DNA of 64,000 nt from an uncultured Actinomycetes bacterium (GTDB lineage: Bacteria > Actinomycetota > UBA4738 > HRBIN12). The translations under genes and the position numbers were made by a program. Positions 23,285 to 31,830 of the stretch are shown piece by piece. The first letter of the stretch is position 1; every line of letters begins with the position of its first letter. The stretch covers positions 13,601 to 77,600 of the forward strand of contig CAWFJU010000019.1 in the NCBI GenBank assembly GCA_963816275.1, in the 5' to 3' direction. The notes beneath the pieces were generated by a model that saw nothing but the letters and a program-made list of their open reading frames with translations, made no database searches and was not told the origin of the DNA.

Positions 23285-25999
23285 TCAGTGGCCTTCGGGC
23301 GCGGCGTCGGACCAGTTCGAGCCCCAGCCGACGTCGGCCTGGAGCGGGACCTCGAGCTCCACGGCGTGCTCCATCCGCTCCTTCACGAGCGCGGCGGCGG
23401 CCTCCACCGTGGCGGCCGGCACCTCGAAGACCAGCTCGTCGTGCACGGTCAGCAGCATCTGGCAGCCGAGCTCGGGGGCGGCCCGGAGCGCCGCATCGAC
23501 CGCGATCATCGCGACCTTGAAGACGTCGCTCGCGCTCCCCTGGATCGGTGCGTTCAGGGCCTGGCGGCGCCCGAGATCGCGCACGCGTGGGTTCGCCGCC
23601 TGCAGCTCCGGGATGTAGCGGCGGCGGCCGAGGATCGTCTCGGTGAAGCCCTCGACGGTCGCGTGACCCACCTGGCGGTCGAGGTACTCGCGGATCCCGG
23701 GGAAGGACGCGAAGTACGCGTCCATGATCTCCTGCGCCTCGTCGGGCGCGATGTCGAGTCGCTGCGCGAGCCCCCAGGCGTTCATCCCGTACGCGAGGCC
23801 GTAGTTCACCATCTTGGCCCGGGAGCGCGATCCCGGATCCACCGCGTCCAGCGGCAGGCCGAACACCCGAGCGGCCGTGGCCGTGTGGATGTCCTCGCCG
23901 CTCGCGAAGGCGGCCCGGAGCCCCTCGTCGCCCGAGAGGTGGGCGAGGATCCGCAGCTCGATCTGCGAGTAGTCGAGGACGAGCAGCAGCTGATCGGGGG
24001 CGCCCGGGACGAACGCCCGGCGGATCTGACGCCCGAGCTCGGTGCGGATCGGGACGTTCTGCAGGTTCGGGTTCGTCGAGGAGAGCCGCCCGGTGGCCGC
24101 CGAGGTCTGCTGGAACGTCGTGTGCACGCGGCCGTCACGCGGATCGACGAGCCGCGGGAGCGCCTCGAGGTAGGTCGAGTTCAGCTTGTCGAGCTCGCGC
24201 CAGCTGAGCAGGGCGTCGACGATCGGGTGCGCGTCACGCAGCTTCTCGAGCACGCTGGCGTCGGTCGACAGCTCGCCCTTCGGGGTCTTCTTGCCCGGCT
24301 GCAGACCGAGCTGGTCGTACAGGATCTTCCGGAGCTGCGGCGGCGAGTTCAGGTTGAACTCCTCGCCGGCCTGCGTGTAGATCTCCGCCTTCAGTGTGGC
24401 CATGCGGTCCCGGACCGACTCCCCCATCTCCTCGAGGTACGGGACGTCGAGGGCGATCCCGCGGGCCTCCATCCGGGCCAGGACGGAGGCGAGCGGGAGC
24501 TCGACGTCCTCGAGGAGCCCGCGGAGCCCCTGCGCGTCGATCTGCTCCTCCATCACGGGGGCGAGCAACGCCACGGCGGCCGCCTCGGCCGCCGTGGCGC
24601 GCCAGGGGGCCTCGCCGAAGAGCTGGCCCTCGGCTTCGTCCTCGACCGCGCCGAGGACGTCGGTGCCCAGGTGCGCCTCGCAGAGGCGCCGGAGCGGGTA
24701 GTCGGCGGCCGCCGGATCGAGCAGGTAGCCGGCGAGCGCGGTGTCGAACGTCACGCCGGTCACGTCGACGCCCTCGGCCGAGGCCGCTCGCTCGAGCGCC
24801 TTCGCGTCGTGTGCCCACTTGGGCGCCGACCCGTCCGTCAGGAAGCCGGCGACGGGCTCGATCGAGGGCAACCGGGCGAAGGCCGCTTGTGCCCCACCCG
24901 GTGAGAGCGCGATCCCCCGGGCGCGGTCCTCCTCGAGCAGCAGCCGGACGCCATGCGGCGCGCCGGACGCGAGGAGCGCCGGGAGCTCGGTCAGCGCGAC
25001 CTCTCGCAGGTCGAGCTCGGCGACGTCGACCTTGGGCTTGGCCGCATGTCCGACGTCCTGGAGCCGGTCGAAGAGGCTCCGGAACTCCAGGGACGTGAAC
25101 AGCCGGCGGACCTCCTCGACGTCCCACTCCCCCATCACGCAGTCGCCGGGCTCGACCGGGAGCCCGACGTCGGTGACGATCCTGGCGAGCTCCTTGTTCA
25201 GCGCGAGCCGGTCGACCGACGCGGCCACGTTCTCCTTGAGCTTGCCCCGCAGCTCGTCGACGCGGGTGAGGAGCTCCTCGATCGTGCCGAACTCGTTCAC
25301 GAGCTTGGCGGCCGTCTTGTCGCCGACGCCGGGCACGCCCGGGATGTTGTCGCTCGTGTCACCCTTCAACGCCACGAAGTCGAGGTACTGAGCGGGCGTG
25401 ATCCCGAACCGCTCGGTCACCGCGGCCACGTCGTACCGCACGATGTCGCTGATCCCCTTGCGGTTGAACATCACGGTGATCCCGGGGCGCACGAGCTGGA
25501 AGAAGTCGCGGTCCGCCGTGACGATCGTGGCGTCGATCCCCTGAGCGGCCGCCGCCACCGCGAGCGTCCCGATCGCGTCGTCGGCCTCGTGGCCGTCGGC
25601 GATCCGGAGCACGGGGATCCGCATCGACTCGAGGACCTCCTCGATCAGGCCGAGCTGCGGCTTGAAGTCGCCCGGGGTCTCGGGGCGGCCGGCCTTGTAG
25701 TCGGCGTCCTTCTCGAGGCGGACCGTCGGCGCGCCCGAGTCGAACGCCACGGCGATCAGATCGGGGTGCTCCTCGGTGAGGAGCTTGATCACCATCGAGG
25801 TGAACCCATAGACCGCGTTCGTGACGGTGCCCGAGCTCGTCGCCAGGGTCGGCGGGAGGGCGAAGAACGCCCGGTACGCGAGGGAATGCCCGTCGAGGAG
25901 GAAGAGGCGCCGGGGAGCCTCGGGGGACGTCGGAGGGGTCACGGTCCGTATCGTAGCCGCCGCCCGTGACGGCGGTCCCCCGGGCACGCCGTGCGACAC
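23285..25999 (-). CDS. polA: DNA polymerase I
   Basis: Intact 904-aa ORF with a 5'-3' exonuclease domain (LFLLDGHSLAYRAFFALP), a 3'-5' exonuclease-like domain and a polymerase domain (LVLDYSQIELRILAHLSGDE, QGSASD, VHDE). An alternative GTG start lies at 25942. Confidence 0.95.
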   Translation of the reverse strand: MSHGVPGGPPSRAAATIRTVTPPTSPEAPRRLFLLDGHSLAYRAFFALPPTLATSSGTVTNAVYGFTSMVIKLLTEEHPDLIAVAFDSGAPTVRLEKDADYKAGRPETPGDFKPQLGLIEEVLESMRIPVLRIADGHEADDAIGTLAVAAAAQGIDATIVTADRDFFQLVRPGITVMFNRKGISDIVRYDVAAVTERFGITPAQYLDFVALKGDTSDNIPGVPGVGDKTAAKLVNEFGTIEELLTRVDELRGKLKENVAASVDRLALNKELARIVTDVGLPVEPGDCVMGEWDVEEVRRLFTSLEFRSLFDRLQDVGHAAKPKVDVAELDLREVALTELPALLASGAPHGVRLLLEEDRARGIALSPGGAQAAFARLPSIEPVAGFLTDGSAPKWAHDAKALERAASAEGVDVTGVTFDTALAGYLLDPAAADYPLRRLCEAHLGTDVLGAVEDEAEGQLFGEAPWRATAAEAAAVALLAPVMEEQIDAQGLRGLLEDVELPLASVLARMEARGIALDVPYLEEMGESVRDRMATLKAEIYTQAGEEFNLNSPPQLRKILYDQLGLQPGKKTPKGELSTDASVLEKLRDAHPIVDALLSWRELDKLNSTYLEALPRLVDPRDGRVHTTFQQTSAATGRLSSTNPNLQNVPIRTELGRQIRRAFVPGAPDQLLLVLDYSQIELRILAHLSGDEGLRAAFASGEDIHTATAARVFGLPLDAVDPGSRSRAKMVNYGLAYGMNAWGLAQRLDIAPDEAQEIMDAYFASFPGIREYLDRQVGHATVEGFTETILGRRRYIPELQAANPRVRDLGRRQALNAPIQGSASDVFKVAMIAVDAALRAAPELGCQMLLTVHDELVFEVPAATVEAAAALVKERMEHAVELEVPLQADVGWGSNWSDAAPEGH

Positions 26000-26019
26000 T
26001 CATTCGTACCCGAACGAGC

Positions 26020-26049
26020 TTGACGCGAATCCTACCTCCTGGGTAGGGT
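26020..26049 (+). promoter_or_regulatory. Candidate promoter for the FTR1/EfeU gene: TTGACG-18 nt-TAGGGT
   Basis: Read directly. Coordinates were cross-checked against the antisense ORF 26000..26914. A 24-nt perfect hairpin at 26070-26093 follows, then SD GGGAGG and the ATG at 26108. Confidence 0.4.
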
Positions 26050-26107
26050 TTGCCCCAGTCCGACGGCTCGATGTTCGGCGGCGTCCGAACATCCGGGAGG
26101 GTGAACG

Positions 26108-27001
26108 ATGGGTGCTGCGTTCCTGGTCGCGCTTCGTGAAGGCATCGAGGCGGCCCTGATCATCTCGATCCTGCTGGCATACCTCCGCCAGATCAAGCAG
26201 TCCGACAAGCAATACCTCGTGTGGTGGGGCGCCGGGCTGGCCGTCGTCGTGAGCGTCGCGGTGGGCGCCATCATCTTCGCCGCGGGCGCCGAGTTCGAGG
26301 GTACGGGCGAGCAGGTCTTCGAGGGGCTCGTGACCTTGACCGCCGTCGGCGTCCTGACCTGGATGATCTTCTGGATGCGCCGCCAGGGCGCCCGCGTGAA
26401 ATCCGAACTCCAGGACAAGGTCGACGCCGCCCTGTTGACGGGCGGGGTCGCCCTGGGTGGGATGGCCTTCATCGCCGTCGTTCGGGAGGGCATCGAGACC
26501 GCGCTCTTCATCTTCGCGGCCGCCAAGGGAACCGCGGTCGAGAGCGGCGCCGTCTGGGAGCAGCTCCTGGGCGCGACGCTCGGGCTGCTCCTGGCGGCTG
26601 GACTCGGCGTGCTGCTCTACCGCGGCGGGATCCGGATGAACCTGCGGACCTTCTTCCGCTACACGGGGGCGCTGCTGATCGTCGTGGCCGCCGGCCTCTT
26701 CGCCTTCGGGGTGCATGAGCTCCAGGAAGCCGGCTGGCTGCCGTTCCTGACCGGGACGGCCTTCGACATCTCGGGGACGGTCCCCGACGACAGCGGCGTC
26801 GGCGGGATCCTCCGTGCGATCTTCGGCTACCAGGCGAACCCGACGTGGCTCGAGGTCGTGGCCTGGGTCGGCTACCTCGTGACGGTGGGCTGGTTCTTCC
26901 TGCGCACTCAACACGTGCCCGGCACCACCGCCACGGCGCCCGATCCCGCCGCCGCGAACACCGCGGTCGGCACGGACCGGCTGCCCGGCGCGTCCTCCTG
27001 A
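26108..27001 (+). CDS. efeU: High-affinity iron permease, FTR1/EfeU family
   Basis: Intact 297-aa polytopic ORF with two REGIE motifs (LREGIEAALI and VREGIETALF), which are diagnostic of FTR1/EfeU. Confidence 0.8.
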   Translation: MGAAFLVALREGIEAALIISILLAYLRQIKQSDKQYLVWWGAGLAVVVSVAVGAIIFAAGAEFEGTGEQVFEGLVTLTAVGVLTWMIFWMRRQGARVKSELQDKVDAALLTGGVALGGMAFIAVVREGIETALFIFAAAKGTAVESGAVWEQLLGATLGLLLAAGLGVLLYRGGIRMNLRTFFRYTGALLIVVAAGLFAFGVHELQEAGWLPFLTGTAFDISGTVPDDSGVGGILRAIFGYQANPTWLEVVAWVGYLVTVGWFFLRTQHVPGTTATAPDPAAANTAVGTDRLPGASS

Positions 27002-27117
27002 CCGCCGCGCCGGCCCGCCGCATCTCGACGCTCGGCGACGATCCCGGCTCTCCGCCGAAAAAGGCTCTGCGACCTGCGGCGATGCGACCGGCGAGACGCC
27101 GCCGCGCCCATCTCAGG

Positions 27118-27146
27118 TTGACAGCCCTCAACCTCGAGTCTATCTT
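27118..27146 (+). promoter_or_regulatory. Orphan near-consensus promoter TTGACA-17 nt-TATCTT with no downstream plus-strand gene
   Basis: Read directly. Coordinates were cross-checked against the antisense ORF 26908..27213. It lies in the 400-bp gap between the convergent efeU and ABC ATPase genes. Confidence 0.35.
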
Positions 27147-27192
27147 TCGCTTCGGCCCCGCGCGGTGCGGGAGGAACCGGGCAACCGGGACC

Positions 27193-27210
27193 GAACGGAT
27201 CGCTCGGGGC
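27193..27210 (+). repeat. Copy 1 of an 18-nt motif, GAACGGATCGCTCGGGGC (17/18 identical to copy 2)
   Basis: Read directly. It forms the 5' part of an imperfect hairpin that closes with CCGTTTCG at about 27225-27232. Confidence 0.6.
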
Positions 27211-27271
27211 CACAGCTTGACGGGCCGTTTCGAACGAGACGCACCGCTCGCGTATGGGGAAGGCGTGAGCG

Positions 27272-27289
27272 GAACGGATCGATCGGGGC
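27272..27289 (+). repeat. Copy 2 of the 18-nt motif, GAACGGATCGATCGGGGC
   Basis: Read directly. Coordinates were cross-checked against ORF 26845..27405. A GTTTCC segment follows, mirroring copy 1. Confidence 0.6.
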
Positions 27290-27401
27290 GGCCCGTCATC
27301 TGTTTCCGGGGGCGTGACTCTGGTGGCGCGCGCGCCACGCGCCCGGGCTCGACTCGAGGTCGAGACTTGGACGCCGCGGCGACGCTCGGCGGGGCGATCG
27401 G

Positions 27402-28160
27402 CTAGAGGACCGCCTCGAAGAACTTCTTGGTCTCCGGGTACTTCGTGTGGTTGATGAGCTCGTCGGGGGTGCCCTGCTCGAGGATCACGCCCTCGTGGAA
27501 GAACATCATCCGGTTCGCGACCTCGCGGGCGAAGCCCATCTCGTGGGTGACCACCATCATCGTCATGTGCATATCGGTCGCGAGCGACTTCATCACCGCC
27601 AAGACCTCCCCGATCAGCTCGGGGTCGAGGGCGGAGGTCGGCTCGTCGAAGAGCATGACCTCAGGCTCCATCGCGAGAGCTCGCGCGATCGCCACGCGCT
27701 GCTGCTGGCCTCCCGAGAGCCGGATCGGGTGCACGTCGGCCTTGTCGGCCAGGCCCACCTTGGCGAGGATCTCCACCCCCTGAGCGCGCGCGTCGTCCTT
27801 GGGGATGCCCTTGACCGTCACGGGACCCTCCATGACGTTCTCGAGCGCCGTCATGTTCGGGAAGAGGTTGAAGGATTGGAAGACCATGCCGGTCTGGATC
27901 CGGAGCTGACGGATCTGTTCGCGCTTGTGACGCGTCCGGTGGCCCCCCTCGAGCCGGATCCCGGCCACTTCAACGGTGCCATAGGTTGGATCCTCAAGGA
28001 AGTTGATGCAGCGCAGCAGCGTGGACTTCCCCGACCCGGACCGACCGAAGATGACCACCACCTCGCCACGGTTGACCTCCATGTTGATCCCCTTCAGCAC
28101 CTCGAGTTGCCCGAAGTACTTGTGGAGGTTCTCGACGCGGACGACGACGTCGGAGGTCAT
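27402..28160 (-). CDS. Polar amino-acid ABC transporter ATP-binding protein (GlnQ type)
   Basis: Intact 252 aa starting at the internal ATG of ORF 27402..29291. Motifs are [52 protein letters not shown] and [13 protein letters not shown]. The start overlaps the permease stop (ATGA). Confidence 0.9.
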   Translation of the reverse strand: MTSDVVVRVENLHKYFGQLEVLKGINMEVNRGEVVVIFGRSGSGKSTLLRCINFLEDPTYGTVEVAGIRLEGGHRTRHKREQIRQLRIQTGMVFQSFNLFPNMTALENVMEGPVTVKGIPKDDARAQGVEILAKVGLADKADVHPIRLSGGQQQRVAIARALAMEPEVMLFDEPTSALDPELIGEVLAVMKSLATDMHMTMMVVTHEMGFAREVANRMMFFHEGVILEQGTPDELINHTKYPETKKFFEAVL

Positions 28161-29509
28161 GGCTCCTCGCCGGGTTCGTCCTCGACCTCGATGCCCACCA
28201 TGGTGCCTCCGCCCCCAGGACCGCCGCCGCCGCCGACGGGCATGAACTGCGTTCGCTTGCGCCCCGTCATGGTCGAGACCTCGGTCCGCACGTAGCCCTT
28301 CGAGATCTTCCGCTCGAGACGGCTCTGGAACACCGTGAAGATCGACGTGAGCAGCCAGTAGAGCGCCGCCACCACGAGCAGCGACTCGAGGCGCCTCGTG
28401 ATGTTCGCGCTGAACGCGAGCTGCCCCCGCAGGAACAACTCGGCACGCGCCACCTCCGCGCCGAGGAAGCTCACGAGCGCGGTGTCCTTCATCATCGCGA
28501 TGAACTCGTTCCCGGTCGGCGGGATGATCACCCGGATCGCCTGTGGCATCACGACGCGGCGCATCCGCTGGCCGTACGTCATCCCGAGGGCGTCGGCCGC
28601 TTCCGCCTGCCCGTGCCCGACCGACTGGATGCCCGCCCGGAAGATCTCCGTCATGTACGCGCCGTAGTTCAGGCCCAAGCCGATCACGCCGGCGACGAAC
28701 GACGTCAGCGTCAGGAGGTTCACCAGGGACAGCCGGCCGAGGTTCCCCCCGATCTGCGGGAGCGCGAGGTAGATCAGGAAGAGCTGCACGATCAGGGGCG
28801 TGCCTCGGAAGAACGACGTGTAGAACCCGGACACGCCGTAGGCCACAGCGTTGTGTGAGAGCCGGCCGAGCGCCCCGAACAGCGCCAGGATCGTCGCGAG
28901 CGCGATCGCGAACACCGCCAGGAGGATCGTGTACTGGAGGCCCTTCGCGATGTACCAGAGGTTCTCCCGGATGAACGCGAAGTCGAGGTCGGACAGCGCC
29001 AGGAAGAGCCCGATCATGAAGAAGATCGCGACCCACGTCACCGTGACCTTCAGCCGGAACGGGATCCTCGCGCTCGCCAGCGCGAGCCCCTCCGGATCGC
29101 CGCCGGCCCGCCTGCCGAGGAGCAGCAGCACCAACGCCACCGCGCTGAGCACCGCGGTGGCGTAGGTCTCCCGTTCGGAGGTGAGACCGCCGACCGCCCA
29201 CAGGTAGCCGGCCGCGAAGAGCGTGACGCCGAGCGCGAACCACCAGGTCCACCGGCGCGCCAGGTAGATCAGCGACCCGGCGGCCAGGCACGCGGCCCCG
29301 ACGACTCCGAAGGCGAAGATATCCGGCGGAGGGATGTTCTCCTTCGTGGAGAAGACCAGGAGCGGCAGGAACAGGACCAGGAGGGCGCCCTGGAGGATGA
29401 TGACCCAGGACGCCAGCAGCAGGAACGTCGCGGGAAGCGTGCTGACGACCGGCGATGCGGACGGGAGCCGAGGCTCCTCGGCTCCCGTCGCACCCACCGC
29501 GGCACTCAT
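28157..29509 (-). CDS. Amino-acid ABC transporter permease with an N-terminal membrane extension of about 190 aa
   Basis: ORF 28157..29569. The C-terminal 220 aa are a typical His/Glu/Gln/Arg-family permease ([16 protein letters not shown]..., [43 protein letters not shown]). The start is chosen at M21 (29509), which avoids overlap with the upstream gene. Confidence 0.8.
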   Translation of the reverse strand: MSAAVGATGAEEPRLPSASPVVSTLPATFLLLASWVIILQGALLVLFLPLLVFSTKENIPPPDIFAFGVVGAACLAAGSLIYLARRWTWWFALGVTLFAAGYLWAVGGLTSERETYATAVLSAVALVLLLLGRRAGGDPEGLALASARIPFRLKVTVTWVAIFFMIGLFLALSDLDFAFIRENLWYIAKGLQYTILLAVFAIALATILALFGALGRLSHNAVAYGVSGFYTSFFRGTPLIVQLFLIYLALPQIGGNLGRLSLVNLLTLTSFVAGVIGLGLNYGAYMTEIFRAGIQSVGHGQAEAADALGMTYGQRMRRVVMPQAIRVIIPPTGNEFIAMMKDTALVSFLGAEVARAELFLRGQLAFSANITRRLESLLVVAALYWLLTSIFTVFQSRLERKISKGYVRTEVSTMTGRKRTQFMPVGGGGGPGGGGTMVGIEVEDEPGEEP

Positions 29510-29534
29510 GCCGTCGCGCCCGATCGTGTCTCGC

Positions 29535-30482
29535 CTAGCTCCCGGCCGACGAGACCGTCCAGTCGACACCGTCGTACCACTTCTTCGACAGCTCGGAGAG
29601 CGTGCCGTCGGCGTGCATGTCGTCCACGATCTGACCGACGGCCTCGCTCAGGCTCTGCGCGTCGGTCGGGGCGTTCTTGTCGAACGCGATCGACAGCGGC
29701 TCGTAGTACAGCGGGTCGCCCACGATCTTGATCGGGCCGCCCTCGTTGATGAAGGCCTGGATCGTCTGCTGGGCGCTGATCGCCGAGTCGCAGCGGACCC
29801 CGTCGCCGAGCGCCAGGTTATCCAGCGCGTCCGTGTCCGTGTCGTAGGTCTGCAGCTTCGCGCCGTCGATCTGGAATTCGAACGCAGGCGCGGCCGACCC
29901 CAGCTTCAGGGTGCCCTGGACGTAGTCCTGGTAGGTGGTCGACACGCCGACACAGACCGTCTTGCCCGACAGATCCGCGGGCCCCGTGATCGCGGTGTTG
30001 TCGGTGTAGACCGACATCACCGCCGGCGTGTAGTAATAGGCCGGCGTGAAGTAGAAGATCTCCTCGCGGTCGATCGTGTCGGTCATCGACCCCACGCTCA
30101 CGTCCCACCGGTCGTTCCACGACCCGGCGGTGATCACGGCCCATTTCTGCGCCTGGATCTCCGCGTCCACGCCCATCCGGCTGGCGATCTCCTTGGCGAC
30201 GTCGACGTCGAATCCGTTCCACTCGCTCGTCTGCACGTCGTACCAGGATTGCGGCTTGTACTTCGGGTCGGTCGCGACGCGGAGCGTGCCGCTCTCACAC
30301 ACCTGCGCCAGCGCGTCGCCGGCCGATGTGTCGGCGGTCGCGCACACGCCCTCGGCGCCGGATCCGGTCGATCCGGTCTCTCCGCTGGCGGTACTGCTGC
30401 TGCTGTCGTCGCTGCAGGCCGCCGCCACGAGCGTGAGGCTCGCGACCAGCACCAACAGCGACCGGAACGTGATCTTGCGCAT
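29535..30482 (-). CDS. Amino-acid ABC transporter substrate-binding lipoprotein
   Basis: Intact 315 aa with a signal peptide and lipobox (LTLVAAAC). The body is a type-2 binding protein (TLRVATDPKYKPQSWYD...GFDVDVAKEIASRMG...). Confidence 0.8.
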   Translation of the reverse strand: MRKITFRSLLVLVASLTLVAAACSDDSSSSTASGETGSTGSGAEGVCATADTSAGDALAQVCESGTLRVATDPKYKPQSWYDVQTSEWNGFDVDVAKEIASRMGVDAEIQAQKWAVITAGSWNDRWDVSVGSMTDTIDREEIFYFTPAYYYTPAVMSVYTDNTAITGPADLSGKTVCVGVSTTYQDYVQGTLKLGSAAPAFEFQIDGAKLQTYDTDTDALDNLALGDGVRCDSAISAQQTIQAFINEGGPIKIVGDPLYYEPLSIAFDKNAPTDAQSLSEAVGQIVDDMHADGTLSELSKKWYDGVDWTVSSAGS

Positions 30483-30529
30483 GCTGCCCCCTTCCGGAGG
30501 GGAGCGCGGGCGCCCCTCCCGTCGGGGGG

Positions 30530-30558
30530 ACTATAGGCGGGCTGGGGCGGCCGGGCAA
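30530..30558 (-). promoter_or_regulatory. Candidate promoter of the intact ABC operon: TTGCCC-17 nt-TATAGT
   Basis: Read on the reverse strand. Coordinates were cross-checked against ORF 30076..31149. A 7-bp hairpin at 30496-30519 follows, next to SD GGAAGGGGG. Confidence 0.4.
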
Positions 30559-30574
30559 CGTAACCGTCGAGCGT

Positions 30575-31659
30575 TTAGGGCGCCGGGAGCCAGCGACGCC
30601 CGGCGGCCACGCTCGCGTGGGCCACCGCCGCCGCTCCGAGCGGCTCGCCGTCCGCGTCGAACGAGACGACACCCCCGACGCCGGGCACGCCGGTCACGGT
30701 CGCGATCGCCGTCCGGTAGGCGGCGCGATCGCCCGTGGGCGCCACATCGCGCGCGGCGAGCTCGGACAGCAGGTAGGCGACGTCCCACCCCTCCGCACCG
30801 AAGATCCCGGGCGCCAGCCCCGTGGCGGCCTGGTACCCGTTCACGAACCGGCGGGCCCGCAGGTCGGTCGCGGTCGTCGCTTCCACGCAGGGACACACCG
30901 CGATCGTGCCGTCGCCCCCCGGGAGCGCCTCGTCGAGATAGTGGGCGGTCTTCGCCGCGTCGCCCACGATCAGCGGTGTCGTCTCAGACATCGTGCCTCG
31001 CAACGAGACCGCCCCCGAGGGACCACCGGTCCAGACGATCGCGCCGCAGCCCTCCGTTCGATCGGCCGACCGGATCGAGGCCCGGTCCTCCAGCCGATCC
31101 GCCACGGCTCCCGCGAGCGCGACGGCGCGCGTCGAGTCGTCGGACATGACGCAGATCGATCCATCCGTGGCCGTCTCGGCGCGGGCGGCGAGCCCATCGG
31201 CAAGCGCGGGTGCCGGAGCGACGAACCGCCGCCAGACGAGGTCCGGCGCCGATGGTCGAGGGCCGTCCGAGAGGCTGAGCACCGGCAAACCGGCGTCGGC
31301 GAACACCGTCGCCACCTCGTCGGGCATCGTCCAGAAGGGGGCGCCGACGACCGCGACGTAGCGGTCGTCGGCCGCGACGGCGCGAGCCATCTCGAGCGCC
31401 GTGGCCGCATCGCCCCTCGTGTCGAACTGCTCGAGGACCGGAACGCCGTCGATGCCACGTTCGGCCGTCTGTGCGAGCCCCGCCTCCATCGCGAGGAACG
31501 ACGGCGAGACCAGGTCGAGCGGATCCTCGACCGAGAGATCCTGGAAGAAGGCGATCGTCGGCCGGGCCGCGTCCGCGGCCTGAGATCCCCTCGAGCAGGC
31601 CGCGGCAACGATCGCGAGGACGATCACGAGGGCGAGCGTGGGTCGACGTCGGGTAGGCA
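30575..31659 (-). CDS. Type-1 periplasmic binding protein (Leu/Ile/Val-binding family)-like lipoprotein
   Basis: Start at M59 of ORF 30575..31834 (MPTRRRPTLALVIVLAIVAAACS, signal plus lipobox). The upstream part of that ORF is only the antisense translation of the tRNA gene. The body resembles PBP1 solute-binding proteins (YVAVVGAPFW...AGLPVLSLS). Confidence 0.65.
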
Positions 31660-31707
31660 TGAGATCGTCCGGCCGGAGGCCGGCGACCGGTAGTCTAGGG
31701 ACCCCTC

Positions 31708-31791
31708 GCCGGGATGGCGGAATCGGCAGACGCGCGGGTCTCAAACACCCGTGAGCTAACGCTCGTGAGGGTTCGATCCCCTCTCCCGGCA
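31708..31791 (+). tRNA. tRNA-Leu (anticodon CAA), 84 nt, CCA not encoded
   Basis: Cloverleaf folded by hand. Acceptor stem GCCGGGA/TCCCGGC. D stem GCG/CGC. Anticodon stem CGGGT/ACCCG with loop CTCAAAC. Long variable arm GAGC-TAAC-GCTC. T arm GAGGG-TTCGATC-CCCTC. Discriminator A. Confidence 0.95.
31779..31790 (+). repeat. Direct repeat copy 1, CCCTCTCCCGGC (3' end of tRNA-Leu)
   Basis: Identical 12-mer at 32963-32974. With flanks, 16 of 18 positions match (CCCTCTCCCGGCnCTnAG). Confidence 0.6.
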
Positions 31792-31830
31792 CTGAGCCTG
31801 ACATGCACCGATACCGACCTCGCCCACCGT

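Noticed and set aside
27300-27345. A ZTP (pfl) riboswitch-like string, GGGGCGTGACTCTGGTGGCG ... CGCGCCCGGGC.
   Set aside because: The resemblance to GGGUCGUGACUGGCG / CCGCCUGGGCA is only partial. The spacing is wrong and no purine or folate gene lies downstream on that strand. The GC palindrome is better explained as a terminator-like hairpin.
27002-27401. A known housekeeping RNA (SRP/4.5S RNA, 6S RNA, tmRNA or RNase P RNA) in the long spacer.
   Set aside because: I could not find the diagnostic motifs: the SRP GGAAG...AGCA domain IV pattern, the RNase P GAGGAAAGUCC, or the tmRNA acceptor and tag-coding features. 6S cannot be excluded by sequence alone, so the region stays as an open finding rather than a call.
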